Shown piece after piece: positions 46,866-56,382 of a stretch of 64,000 bases of DNA (its first letter is position 1; each line of letters starts with the position of its first letter). Under the pieces are notes generated by a model that was not told where the DNA came from, searched no databases, and saw nothing but the letters and a program-made list of their open reading frames with translations. The position numbers and the translations under genes were made by a program. This DNA comes from a virus: the IMG/VR virus record IMGVR_UViG_3300008261_000018, positions 21,175-85,174 of that record. One strand, written 5' to 3'.

Positions 46866-48398
46866 TTAGTTCCACTCAACTTGAGCGCCACCACGGCGCA
46901 TCAAGCCCTGGACAACGATATTGAGCGAATCGGCGCAGTCATCATGCGGTGCGTGCCCGAAGTTCACCACCTCATCGACCATGCCGCCGAAGTCGCGGTA
47001 CTTGTTGAAAATGATTTTCTTGGCCTCGAACAGGCCGATAATTCCGCGCAGGCGAGCCAGCTTGTCGCCGCGGAAGCCCTTCACGGGACTGATGCTGATG
47101 TTGTAGAGCTGCCACTCGTTAAACAGGATTCGCTTGAGGTCGCCCTCGAAGCTCTTTTGATACGCCACGACCTCGGGCCAGATCGTCACCGGCGAGCCAC
47201 TCGAGAAGTAATGCCCCTCCTCGTTTACCGCCAACAAGTTCCATTCCGCCAGCAGCTCGCAAAGCGCCTCGACTTTCTCGATGTTCCCCATCGAGCGCAT
47301 GCGCCGGTAGTCAATCACGTAGATCTTGTCGTCTACCCGCCCTGCCAGCGTGAACACAGTCCAGTCGTTGCGCTCGCTCATTCCTGCTGACAGGTCAATG
47401 CCAACGCCGACTGTGTCGTAGGTATCAGGGACCTCTCCCTTAATGAACAGCTCGGGGGAGATGCCTAGCTCCGTCGATCGGACTGGCTGATTGAGGTACT
47501 GATACGAGAACGCCACCTTGTCGTCGCCCTGAAGTCGCAGCAGGTATTTGGTCGACCACATCTCCGGCCAATACGACTTAGGCCTGCCATCGTCGTCGTA
47601 CTGGATGGCTGACTGGGTGATGACCTTCCAGCCCTTCTGCTCCGTGAAGATTGTCGAAAATAGATCGTCGAAGTGGAAGCGGGTTCCCAGTGCGATCGTC
47701 CGACCGCCCTGGAAGATGGTCGGCACGATCACGTTGGTCCAGTTGCTTTCCATTTCCCGGCGGATGTCCGGGTTGGCAATCGACGCCGCACTCTTAATGG
47801 CGTCATCGACCACCACGAGGTTGGCGCGCTTTGAGGTGATGGTGCCCTTGAGGCCAGCGCAGGCGATCGTGAACGCGTCTTCACCGCGCACGTCGATCCC
47901 TGCGAACTCCCAGTCCAGGCTCCACAGTTCGTCAGAGGTCCTTGTCTTGGAAAGCCTCACGGACGGAAAGATTTCCTGGTACTCCCGCGACAGAATCAAA
48001 TTCTTGATAGCTGCGCTCTTGTTGCGCGCCACGTCCACGTTGTACGAGACGTACAGGATGCGCAGCAGCTTCTTGGCTTCTGCGTGACGGCCGATCAGCC
48101 ACCCAAGCAGCATGCCAACCACCGTCGACTTCGCACTGCCACGCGGACTCAAGAGCACCGTGTTCGGGCCAGCGATATCCAAGAGGTGGTCGCTGCTTTG
48201 GCCCGTCAGGAATGCGCGGTGCCATTCCTTCATGTGCCGAGCAGGCTTCTTGCCCATCAGCTCACAGAAGTAGCTGAAGTTGTCCCGCGCCTTCAGCACA
48301 TGAGGCGGGATCTCAACGACCTCAGGCTGCTTCTTGATTGACTGTGCAGCTAGTTGCGCACTACGCCGCCGCGCGAGCGCAATCGAGGCATTGCTCAT
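46866..48398 (-). CDS. terL: terminase large subunit
   Basis: PRGSAKST Walker A, VVVDD Walker B, LGTRFH.DDL, GIDL, HDDCADS. Confidence 0.95.
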   Translation of the reverse strand: MSNASIALARRRSAQLAAQSIKKQPEVVEIPPHVLKARDNFSYFCELMGKKPARHMKEWHRAFLTGQSSDHLLDIAGPNTVLLSPRGSAKSTVVGMLLGWLIGRHAEAKKLLRILYVSYNVDVARNKSAAIKNLILSREYQEIFPSVRLSKTRTSDELWSLDWEFAGIDVRGEDAFTIACAGLKGTITSKRANLVVVDDAIKSAASIANPDIRREMESNWTNVIVPTIFQGGRTIALGTRFHFDDLFSTIFTEQKGWKVITQSAIQYDDDGRPKSYWPEMWSTKYLLRLQGDDKVAFSYQYLNQPVRSTELGISPELFIKGEVPDTYDTVGVGIDLSAGMSERNDWTVFTLAGRVDDKIYVIDYRRMRSMGNIEKVEALCELLAEWNLLAVNEEGHYFSSGSPVTIWPEVVAYQKSFEGDLKRILFNEWQLYNISISPVKGFRGDKLARLRGIIGLFEAKKIIFNKYRDFGGMVDEVVNFGHAPHDDCADSLNIVVQGLMRRGGAQVEWN

Positions 48399-48427
48399 GC
48401 CCCGAGTCTAGGTTGTTTCACCCTATT

Positions 48428-48934
48428 TCAGCGCTCGTCGGTGAGCATTGCCCACACCGATTCGTAGGCCAGCTCTAACGCGTTGGTCACATCATCATTC
48501 CCCTTGAAGATGGCACGCAGTTCCCGCATCACCTTGTCTGCCCCCGCCATCACTAAGCCTCGGCGATCTTGACTTTTGGTTAGGCGCTCGATCTCCATGA
48601 CGTGTCCGCGCAGCTCCTTGGATAAATGCGCGATCCTCGTCGCAGCTGCGTCAGCTTTTATCAGATCGGCTTGCACCTGTTGGCGCAGAAAGTCAATGTC
48701 CGACTCCAGTTTGACGATTTCCGCAAGCATGATTTCGCGACGGTTCAGCTTGGGATACGCCTTGTTAACCCAAGCCTCGAGGTCCGTAAATGGACCGCTG
48801 TAGCCCAGCACCGAGGCGTAGAGCCAGATCTCATAAATCGAGTACGTCTTCTCCGCGTAGGCCAGGAAGCTCTCGCGCCTTCCGCCGTCCAGGGCGACAA
48901 GGAACTGCTCGACTTCCTTGGGGGCTTGATGCAT
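48428..48934 (-). CDS. putative terminase small subunit
   Basis: Helical protein immediately upstream of terL; start taken at MHQAPK. Confidence 0.55.
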   Translation of the reverse strand: MHQAPKEVEQFLVALDGGRRESFLAYAEKTYSIYEIWLYASVLGYSGPFTDLEAWVNKAYPKLNRREIMLAEIVKLESDIDFLRQQVQADLIKADAAATRIAHLSKELRGHVMEIERLTKSQDRRGLVMAGADKVMRELRAIFKGNDDVTNALELAYESVWAMLTDER

Positions 48935-48953
48935 TGACGAACCAGTACCGCGA

Positions 48954-49703
48954 TCAGCCAAAGAAGCGCGAGCCCGTGGAACGGATAGCGCCCCGCGCGT
49001 CACTGCGCAGGCGCAGGGTCTGGGTTCCTTCTTCCTGCAGCTTCTTACGGTCCTCTTCGCCTTGAACTCGGTAGCCCAGGCGATCCTGCTCGCCCTGGGT
49101 CACCCTTGAGAGACGATCCTGCTCGCCTTCTGTGACCTTGAGCTTGCGGGCTTCATTGCCCTGTACGCCAATCAGATCCCGAGCGAGGCCGGCTTCCTGA
49201 GCCATCAGCTTCGAGGTGTTGCCCGTGCGTAGATTCTCAAGCCCTCCCTGGTACTTCCCCAGACTCCCCAGGAACGCGTCGTTGTACTGCACTGCGAGGC
49301 CCATATTGGCCCCTGTTGCGAACGTGTCCGCCAAATGGCCGGCAACCATCCCCCCGATGGTTTCGTTATCGGCGTATTTGTTCCCCAGATCGACCAGATT
49401 GCCGATACCCTCGTTGTACAGGTTCCCAGGGACCGTCTGGAAGTTATATGTCGGGCGGGTAGCTGTCTGAGCCTGAGTCGGCTGGGTAGCAGTGGTCGTT
49501 GCGGCTGTGCTGGGCTGCTCGTTCTTTCCTGAATTCTTACCTTTGCCTTTCTTCTTGTTTACGTCAGCGGCTTTGTTCTTGGCCGTATTCAACACGGTCG
49601 AAGCTTTCTGCTTCGTGGCTGGCGTAGTCGCCCGCGTCGACGGCTTGGCCGTTGTACGGACTTGCGCCTTTGACTTGGCCGCTTTTGCTGCTGGACTTGC
49701 CAT
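48954..49703 (-). CDS. hypothetical protein (internal virion protein candidate)
   Basis: Basic N-terminus; repeated (Q/E)GEQDRL units. Confidence 0.75.
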   Translation of the reverse strand: MASPAAKAAKSKAQVRTTAKPSTRATTPATKQKASTVLNTAKNKAADVNKKKGKGKNSGKNEQPSTAATTTATQPTQAQTATRPTYNFQTVPGNLYNEGIGNLVDLGNKYADNETIGGMVAGHLADTFATGANMGLAVQYNDAFLGSLGKYQGGLENLRTGNTSKLMAQEAGLARDLIGVQGNEARKLKVTEGEQDRLSRVTQGEQDRLGYRVQGEEDRKKLQEEGTQTLRLRSDARGAIRSTGSRFFG

Positions 49704-49724
49704 CGTTCTAGATCCTATTAGGGA

Positions 49725-50291
49725 TTACGCAAACAGAGCGGCCCCGCCAAGAGCCAGGTTAGTGATCAGATTCAAGATATTGGCCGTGTTCTGCTGCCCC
49801 ATTTGCTTTTCAGCTAGAGCGTTCACCTGGTCGTAGTACTGCTTATCGGAATCCAGAATCATCCGCAGGCGATCTGTGGTGCTCGCGTCTAGCGCCTGTT
49901 CGTGACCGTAGCTGGCGCCCAGTAGCGAGCTCTGAGCGCCAACATTGGCGGCCAGCTTCTTGCCATAGGCAGTGGTATCGATATCCGTTTTCTGCTGAAG
50001 CACTGGGATTTGTGCCTTTGCAAAATCCAGGGTTACAGCGTTATCCCTAGCTCTTGCTGCAGTCTGTGCTGCAGTCTGCTGCTCAAAACTGTCGATGGAT
50101 TCACTCGTCGTGCTTGGAACGCTTGAGCTGCTTTGACCACGCTTGGCCCGCTCGGCTTGGAATTGCTGCCAAAGCTTGTCTTTCTGAGGGTCTGCGTATC
50201 CGATCGTGCCGTCTGCCTTGACCCCTGCACCCATGGCTTTGAGCTTTTCGCTCAACTGCTTTTTCAGGAGCTCATCTACTGCGTTAGCCAT
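49725..50291 (-). CDS. hypothetical protein (internal virion protein candidate)
   Basis: 188 aa; C-terminal hydrophobic helix. Confidence 0.75.
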   Translation of the reverse strand: MANAVDELLKKQLSEKLKAMGAGVKADGTIGYADPQKDKLWQQFQAERAKRGQSSSSVPSTTSESIDSFEQQTAAQTAARARDNAVTLDFAKAQIPVLQQKTDIDTTAYGKKLAANVGAQSSLLGASYGHEQALDASTTDRLRMILDSDKQYYDQVNALAEKQMGQQNTANILNLITNLALGGAALFA

Positions 50292-50902
50292 TATTTGGCA
50301 CCTGCCTGCTGGAGGAACTTCTCGAATAACTCCATGTTACTGGCTGTATTCGCTACGTCTGTTAGCGAGGCGGGTTGTGGAGCTGCATACGTCGGTGTTG
50401 CCTGGAATAAGGCACTTGCATTCACGTCACTCCCCGCTGCATCCATGGATGGCAGCGGGCCAATTCCTTTCAACGCAGCAACCAGGCCTCCTGTAGATCC
50501 GGCCATGCGAGTGCCGCGGCTCTGACTAAGCGCATCTTCCGCTTGGGCGACTCCCAACAAGGTGTCGTAAGAATTGCGCTTCTTGGGTACCACGAGGGAC
50601 GCGGCTTGTACGCCTGCACCGCCTGCCAGGTTCGCCAGGTTGGCGATCCGATTACGCTTATCCGCTAGGGCATCGCGCTCGCGGTAGTAGTCGTACTGAG
50701 CCTCATCTCGTTTGTTTGCCGCATATTCGCCCAGCGCCTCTCTGGCGAATTGCATCTCTTGCTTGTACTTCTCTAACGGAATCTTTGCTAGTAGTTCGCT
50801 GAAGCGATCCTCCTTGACATTCTCGAACCCTGGCACAGGGTCTACCTGCCTAAAACCGGCCGCGTAATTACCGGCTGTATTCGGCGAGAAAAGCGCAAAC
50901 AT
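50291..50902 (-). CDS. hypothetical protein
   Basis: Stop-start coupled on both sides. Confidence 0.75.
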   Translation of the reverse strand: MFALFSPNTAGNYAAGFRQVDPVPGFENVKEDRFSELLAKIPLEKYKQEMQFAREALGEYAANKRDEAQYDYYRERDALADKRNRIANLANLAGGAGVQAASLVVPKKRNSYDTLLGVAQAEDALSQSRGTRMAGSTGGLVAALKGIGPLPSMDAAGSDVNASALFQATPTYAAPQPASLTDVANTASNMELFEKFLQQAGAK

Positions 50903-51606
50903 CAGCTGAACAATGCTTGTGTTAGGAGGGCCTGCTGGACCTGAGCGTTCTGCTGCGCATTCAAGGCGGCAGTGTTCATGGTGTTCGCGAAGTTGTAGTC
51001 GCGGTTCACCGCTGCCTGCATCTTCAGCCGCTCGAAATCATCCGCCTGCTTAAGCTTGGCGATCTCGGCCATGATCGGCAGTTGACTCTTGAGCTTCTCG
51101 TTTTCAAGCTCTGTTTGCATCCGGGCCTGCCGCGCTTGTCGCCGCAGCTCGGCATCTTGCGGATCCTCGTTGGTGACCAGTCCGTAGAGGCCGCTCATTA
51201 TCCCTTTGCCTGCAGCGCCACCGCCTGTCGCACCAAGAATCCCGCCAACTACGCCCCCAATCGGGCCGCCCATAAATGTCCCCGCGGCGGCACCTGCTAA
51301 GCCGCCGCCCAGATTTCCGCCTGTTACTCCGAGAGCTTCCGCGATGTTCTTGCTCAGTGGATCGTCCTGGTCAGCCAGTTCTGCAGCACCCGCCAGCAGA
51401 GCAAGCAACCCGCCCGCGCCGGCAAGTTTGAACTTGTTGTTCTTGACGACGTTATTCAATCCCTCTATGAATTGGCTGCTCCCCGCGGCTCGCCCACCTT
51501 TGCCCAGGGCGGGCGCACTTGAAGCGGCATCGATCACGACCTCAACCGGGGAAACTGGGATTGCTTGATCCCGCTGCGTCTGACGACGTCGCTGCTCACC
51601 CTGCAT
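50902..51606 (-). CDS. glycine-zipper protein (ejection protein candidate)
   Basis: GGNLGGGLAGAAAG…GPIGGVVGGILGA; start uncertain. Confidence 0.7.
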   Translation of the reverse strand: MQGEQRRRQTQRDQAIPVSPVEVVIDAASSAPALGKGGRAAGSSQFIEGLNNVVKNNKFKLAGAGGLLALLAGAAELADQDDPLSKNIAEALGVTGGNLGGGLAGAAAGTFMGGPIGGVVGGILGATGGGAAGKGIMSGLYGLVTNEDPQDAELRRQARQARMQTELENEKLKSQLPIMAEIAKLKQADDFERLKMQAAVNRDYNFANTMNTAALNAQQNAQVQQALLTQALFS

Positions 51607-51665
51607 ATATCTCTGGGTAGGAGTCACTTCAGCGCGTATCCACGATCCTTCGATTCTAAAAGGCT

Positions 51666-52472
51666 TCAATCCTGCATATAGCTGAGCTTCTCGGGCTCAA
51701 CCCAAGGCACTTTGTCCGCGACGTTCTCGATTGTCATGCCCAGCTTCGGGCACTCAACGAACTTCGGCGCATCAGGCCTGCTATCTAGGCACCGCGTACA
51801 CGCATGCACGTAGTCAGCATTGACGCGACGATCCGGTCTTTCGCGCCACTTGCCGTTCACTTTCTCGTAGCGCTCAGCGTCATAGGGGACCTGATACTGC
51901 TCTGTATAGGACCAGACATCTTCATGGCTCCAGTCTCTCAGAGGGAATAGCAGTGAAGCTTCTTGCGGAAGCACTCGGGCTTCAACCCTCGTTCCCGCGT
52001 CACCGCCAAGCACCTGGTCCGTGTCGCAACCCTTGTGGCCTATCCATATCGCATCAAAGTGCGGCATCACCAATCCGCGCTGCTTCGGGCGCCTCAGGAT
52101 ATCCAGGGTGCACACCCATGGGAGATCTTCAACTGGCTCAACAATCCCCGTCGGGCAGGTCAGGCGCGTCCTGTTGAAGGCGTAGACATTTTGTACTTCG
52201 TACTCGTCATCGGTCTGTTGCATCGCTGAGCACTCTGGGTGCCAGGTGTGGACCAGCAGTTCCCACTCGCGAATGATCCGCTCTTGAAACTCATACTTCC
52301 GCGGCTGCCATGGCTCACGGAAGAACACCACTTCGGGACTTAACCCAACCTGTCGCAGCAGATGCAACAGCACCATGCTGTCCTTCCCGCCAGACCAGCA
52401 CAGCAGCGTCTTCGGGAATCTTTCAGCTGCGGCGGCTATGCGATTTCGCGTTTCTTCGTACAGCGAATTCAA
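51666..52472 (-). CDS. PAPS reductase-family (PP-loop) protein
   Basis: WSGGKDS, GHKGCD, FPLRDWS.EDVW.Y, C-terminal CTRC…CP. Confidence 0.88.
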   Translation of the reverse strand: MNSLYEETRNRIAAAAERFPKTLLCWSGGKDSMVLLHLLRQVGLSPEVVFFREPWQPRKYEFQERIIREWELLVHTWHPECSAMQQTDDEYEVQNVYAFNRTRLTCPTGIVEPVEDLPWVCTLDILRRPKQRGLVMPHFDAIWIGHKGCDTDQVLGGDAGTRVEARVLPQEASLLFPLRDWSHEDVWSYTEQYQVPYDAERYEKVNGKWRERPDRRVNADYVHACTRCLDSRPDAPKFVECPKLGMTIENVADKVPWVEPEKLSYMQD

Positions 52473-52870
52473 ATCAGAGCGCCGGCCACCGCTCCACCGA
52501 TGCTACCTACTGCTCCAATAATTGACCCCGTTCTTGATGCGCCGGCCTGCGCGGAAGCGGCTGCTCGCTGCGCAGCGGCCATTTCTTCTGCTGCCTTCAC
52601 GCTTGCCCAGGAGTCCAGCGCCCCTCGTGCAAGACCTTGCTCTGCTGCATGCCCCTGCATCGCTCCGCCAAGTATCTGCTCCGTTCCAGTGCTATCGAAT
52701 ACCCCCTCGCCGGGCAGCTCGGGAGTCGCTTCGTAATCCTTTCGCGCGCGGTACGCACGAGAGCTATCCAGGAAATTTCCACCATCCAGGAACGACGACG
52801 CGAATGGACTACTTGAGTCGTCGTCGCTGTCTAGGAAATCCGACTTAAAGCTGCCTGCCTTGAATGCCAT
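52469..52870 (-). CDS. hypothetical protein (internal virion protein candidate)
   Basis: C-terminal Gly-zipper GSIIGAVGSIGGAVAG. Confidence 0.7.
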   Translation of the reverse strand: MAFKAGSFKSDFLDSDDDSSSPFASSFLDGGNFLDSSRAYRARKDYEATPELPGEGVFDSTGTEQILGGAMQGHAAEQGLARGALDSWASVKAAEEMAAAQRAAASAQAGASRTGSIIGAVGSIGGAVAGALI

Positions 52871-52892
52871 GACGAGGTTCCTTGTTGTTAGC

Positions 52893-53387
52893 TCACCAGC
52901 CGGTAAGGCCCCAGCCACTGCTGGGCGCCTTTGCCCAGTTCCCCGAAAAGTCCGTTACTCCAGATGTCCAGCTACTGGGCACTTGCGCTGACCCATTCCA
53001 GAGGTTCTTATTGCTCCAGTCAATGCCGGAGTTCACCTGCCCCCACGCAGACCCGTCCGCGAAAGATCCCACGCCGGAGGCTGATCCGGAATAGCTCGGG
53101 GCTTTGGCGCTATTCGCCGCATTCATTTTGCCAAGGCCGCCGATCACGCCGCTTGCCAAGCCGCTAATACCACTCATGATCCCTCCGAACATCGTGGCGT
53201 TCGCCATTTGCTCTCCCGCAAAGCGCGTTGCGTCGGCTCCTGCTTCTGCAGCTTTGATCTTGCTGCGAGCCGCAAGTGCCGAGCCCGCCATGCTCATCTC
53301 GTCTTGATAATTACTCAGCGCCAGTCCGCCAATCGTATCTCCGACGTTTGACTTGAACCGGCCAAAGCCGCCAATCGGGGCAACCAC
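52893..53387 (-). CDS. hypothetical protein (internal virion protein candidate)
   Basis: Gly/Ala/Ser-rich; loosely similar to its neighbour (S.(I/V)KAAE). Confidence 0.7.
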   Translation of the reverse strand: MVAPIGGFGRFKSNVGDTIGGLALSNYQDEMSMAGSALAARSKIKAAEAGADATRFAGEQMANATMFGGIMSGISGLASGVIGGLGKMNAANSAKAPSYSGSASGVGSFADGSAWGQVNSGIDWSNKNLWNGSAQVPSSWTSGVTDFSGNWAKAPSSGWGLTGW

Positions 53388-53390
53388 TGA

Positions 53391-54770
53391 TTACACCTCT
53401 TCCAAGGATTCTTCTTGAGGCGCGGTGCCTTTCATGGCCCTGCGCAGTGATTCTAAAACGTGTCCAGCCAGGGCCGTTCCGGTCAATGCGCCAGAACTAT
53501 TCATCAGGACGCTCTTGGCGACTTGTGTCTCGTTGGCATCGACTTGATCGCGGTACGCCTTATGAGCGGCTTCGTATTCCGGGCGATGGACTTCTGTCTT
53601 CTTACTGCTCTTTGTCACCCGAGTCAACCCCCTCTTGACGCGCTCCTCTTGCTCGAGGAACTCTCTCTTGAGGTTTTCGTATTCCAGCCCCTTGCGCTGC
53701 GCTTGCTCGTACCCGCCAGCTGATGCGACCTTCTGCGCTCCGACCTTCATGCCACGCCGCGCACCGATCACCGCCGCCACCGCAGGGAGCACCCCAGTAG
53801 CCAAGGGGATGCTCTTGCCCATGAATGTCACTTCAGGGCCGTGAATGCCATCCATGGTGGCCTTGATTGGCAAACTGTTCCCAAACAAATACGACTTGTA
53901 CTCGTCGTATTCCTGCTTCGAGACATCAGGCCGTTCTTTGACGAACTCCTCGTAGGGCAGTAGTGCGCCGCTGCGACCCAAGAAATATCGGCTACCCAGC
54001 TCACCGATCGGATCGGTCGTTTGCCGGGGATCCACCTCACTAGGCAGCACCGCCTTGTATCCCGCTTCGCGGCCAAAGTTGCCAATGCCCATCGACATTG
54101 CAATCCACGCGGGGGCCAATGCCGCCATGCGGGGCGCCCTACGGGTGATTAGCGGTACGTCCTCGCCAATGAACTTCCCCTGCCCGGTCTCTTGCTTGAA
54201 CTTCTGGCCCGCCTGGTGCATCCCGTGCAGCATCGCGACCGTCGTGATCGCTTGCGGGGCATTCAGAAACCACCAGATATTGCGCAGGCCATCCGTGACA
54301 AAATCGTTCGCGGCAACACCGGCCACCTGAGCCGCCTTGGCCCGGTAGTTGCCAGTTCCCGCGTCGATTTCTTCCGGGCCGTCCAGGCTCGGCAGCTTGC
54401 CTAGCTCAACGGTGTAACGGCGCAGCTCAGGGTCGTTAGCTCTCGCCTCTTGGTAAAACTTCGTTTCTTGGTCGCTATAGCCGCCAAGGCGCATGCCGCT
54501 TACGGTGTCTCGCGCCTTCCCTGCGGGCAGCATGTCTGCTAACGCCTTGCCCCACTGGGTATCACCTACCGACTGCGGCAACGCCTGACGTGCGACACCA
54601 AGCAGCGGAGACGAGGCCAGCATCCCGCGTATCGGCGCCACCTCGTAGCCATCACTGCCAGCCAGCCGTGCGAGGTGCTGCTGGTACTCCTTCGAGCTCG
54701 AGTTGAAGGCCTGCTGAAAGACCCGCCCTAGGTCATCCCAGGTCGGCTCACTCGGGTAGCTAGGAGACAT
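53391..54770 (-). CDS. hypothetical protein (virion protein candidate)
   Basis: 459 aa in the late operon. Confidence 0.8.
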   Translation of the reverse strand: MSPSYPSEPTWDDLGRVFQQAFNSSSKEYQQHLARLAGSDGYEVAPIRGMLASSPLLGVARQALPQSVGDTQWGKALADMLPAGKARDTVSGMRLGGYSDQETKFYQEARANDPELRRYTVELGKLPSLDGPEEIDAGTGNYRAKAAQVAGVAANDFVTDGLRNIWWFLNAPQAITTVAMLHGMHQAGQKFKQETGQGKFIGEDVPLITRRAPRMAALAPAWIAMSMGIGNFGREAGYKAVLPSEVDPRQTTDPIGELGSRYFLGRSGALLPYEEFVKERPDVSKQEYDEYKSYLFGNSLPIKATMDGIHGPEVTFMGKSIPLATGVLPAVAAVIGARRGMKVGAQKVASAGGYEQAQRKGLEYENLKREFLEQEERVKRGLTRVTKSSKKTEVHRPEYEAAHKAYRDQVDANETQVAKSVLMNSSGALTGTALAGHVLESLRRAMKGTAPQEESLEEV

Positions 54771-55362
54771 ATTGACCTCCGATGATCTGCCTCGGCTGAC
54801 CGGAGCCCAGGGCCATGCCGCCAGTGCCGAGAGCGCCCGAGGTTAATAGCGCTGCAAGGGCCAGATTCATATCCTCTTCGCTGTCTTGATCTTCCGCCTC
54901 GGACCGCTTGCCACCCTGCTGTTGACTGACGTATTCGTCTAGTTGTGAGTTGTAGAACGCACGCGGCACAAAAAACTGGAGGGGCAAAGCAGCCACGTCT
55001 CCGATATTCATGCCCATGTCGGTCATTTCCCTGAGGTACTGCTCTTTGCTCACTCCTTCCGGGAGGGGTTTGGCGTCAAGGTTGTTCAACCGTCGCGTAG
55101 CCATATTGCGCGCGACACCTCGACCTGCCAAGTTCCCGAGCAGTGATAGGCCGACGCTTGTTGCCAACTCCTCGCCGGCTGCCAACGCCCTGGCTCCCCC
55201 TTCCGTCCCGTCAGGCAGGCTCGAAGCAACCAATCCCGCTCCCAACAGCTCCGGGCCAAAGCGCAGCGCAAGCGATGCGTAGTCCTTGCCGGTCTGTGCC
55301 GGGAAAATATCCTTCAGCGCTCGTGTCAGCGCGGGGATGCCTGCAGCTAAACGGAGTCCCAT
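54760..55362 (-). CDS. hypothetical protein
   Basis: 200 aa; overlaps the next start. Confidence 0.75.
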   Translation of the reverse strand: MGLRLAAGIPALTRALKDIFPAQTGKDYASLALRFGPELLGAGLVASSLPDGTEGGARALAAGEELATSVGLSLLGNLAGRGVARNMATRRLNNLDAKPLPEGVSKEQYLREMTDMGMNIGDVAALPLQFFVPRAFYNSQLDEYVSQQQGGKRSEAEDQDSEEDMNLALAALLTSGALGTGGMALGSGQPRQIIGGQYVS

Positions 55363-55364
55363 TG

Positions 55365-55655
55365 TTATACGTAACCGGCGTCAGGACCGTAGGGGCCGTT
55401 TGCGAAGTACTGAGCCCATTGTCCGACCGCAGCCTGACCATCCGGCTCTTGAATCATTGAGCCAAATTGGCCATTCATACCGAGGCTCCCAGCGATCAGA
55501 TCACCAGCGAACCGCCCTGACGGCCGCTTCACGGGACTACCAGCTTCAAAGCCCAGGCCGCCGGCGATATTCTCTTCTTGATCCTGCTTACTGCGGATCG
55601 CTAGATCGAAAATTCGACCCTGCGTATCAGCATCCTCTGGGATCCTATAAGCCAC
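55365..55655 (-). CDS. hypothetical protein
   Basis: GTG start 23 nt after TAGGAT. Confidence 0.7.
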   Translation of the reverse strand: MAYRIPEDADTQGRIFDLAIRSKQDQEENIAGGLGFEAGSPVKRPSGRFAGDLIAGSLGMNGQFGSMIQEPDGQAAVGQWAQYFANGPYGPDAGYV

Positions 55656-55720
55656 GCCAGCCGCTATAGGTTTTCAACATCCTAGCGATGACGCAGCTTT
55701 CTATTCCTCGCAATCAATGA

Positions 55721-56122
55721 TTAACGGGTGGGATCGTATCCAGGGGTCGGTGCCGGCACAGGCGAAGGTGCAGGCGTTGAAGTCCCCGTCTGCGGCTTGC
55801 TTGCGCCAGAGGTCAACATTGGCTTGCGAGGGCGAGGCTTAGTTTCCGGCCCGGGGCCGCGACCAGGGCGCGGACGGCTCGCCATTTCGTTTGTTTTGGC
55901 TGCTGCCTTGGCGGCATTCTTTTGCTTGGCTTTTTCCTTGCCGGCTCGTACGACCGATTTCTTGCGAGCTTCGGTCTCCTGCTTCTTTTGGTTGCTCTGT
56001 TCGCCGCTCACACTCACGCGACCACCACCGCCCGACTTTGGCGCGCTAGGTGCAGCCTTGCCCTTTCGATACGCGGCGACCTTGGCGACAGCGCTCTTGG
56101 CCTGCTTACTAGCTCTCTTCAT
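55721..56122 (-). CDS. Lys/Ala/Pro-rich basic (histone-like) protein
   Basis: Strongly basic, low-complexity composition. Confidence 0.7.
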   Translation of the reverse strand: MKRASKQAKSAVAKVAAYRKGKAAPSAPKSGGGGRVSVSGEQSNQKKQETEARKKSVVRAGKEKAKQKNAAKAAAKTNEMASRPRPGRGPGPETKPRPRKPMLTSGASKPQTGTSTPAPSPVPAPTPGYDPTR

Positions 56123-56142
56123 TGTTGTATGAGGTTGGCCGC

Positions 56143-56382
56143 CTACTTGGCGATGACGTTCTTGTAAAAGTTCGCCTTCTTAACCATCTTAGAGCTGTAT
56201 TCAGCCTTGTTCCCAAGCACCTGCTCGGCGAATGCTTTACGCCCCTCTGGTGTATCTGCGTGCCCTGCTTTGGTCGCAGCAGCCGTGAACGTGCCGCCGG
56301 TTCCGCCCTTGCTTGCCGGCTTGCTCATCTTCTTGAAGGCCTGGGTCAAACCCTTGGCCTTCTCGCGTTTTTCTTGGCTCAT
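56143..56382 (-). CDS. small basic conserved phage protein
   Basis: GTFTAAA.KAG…FA..VL.N…KKANF..N. Confidence 0.8.
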   Translation of the reverse strand: MSQEKREKAKGLTQAFKKMSKPASKGGTGGTFTAAATKAGHADTPEGRKAFAEQVLGNKAEYSSKMVKKANFYKNVIAK

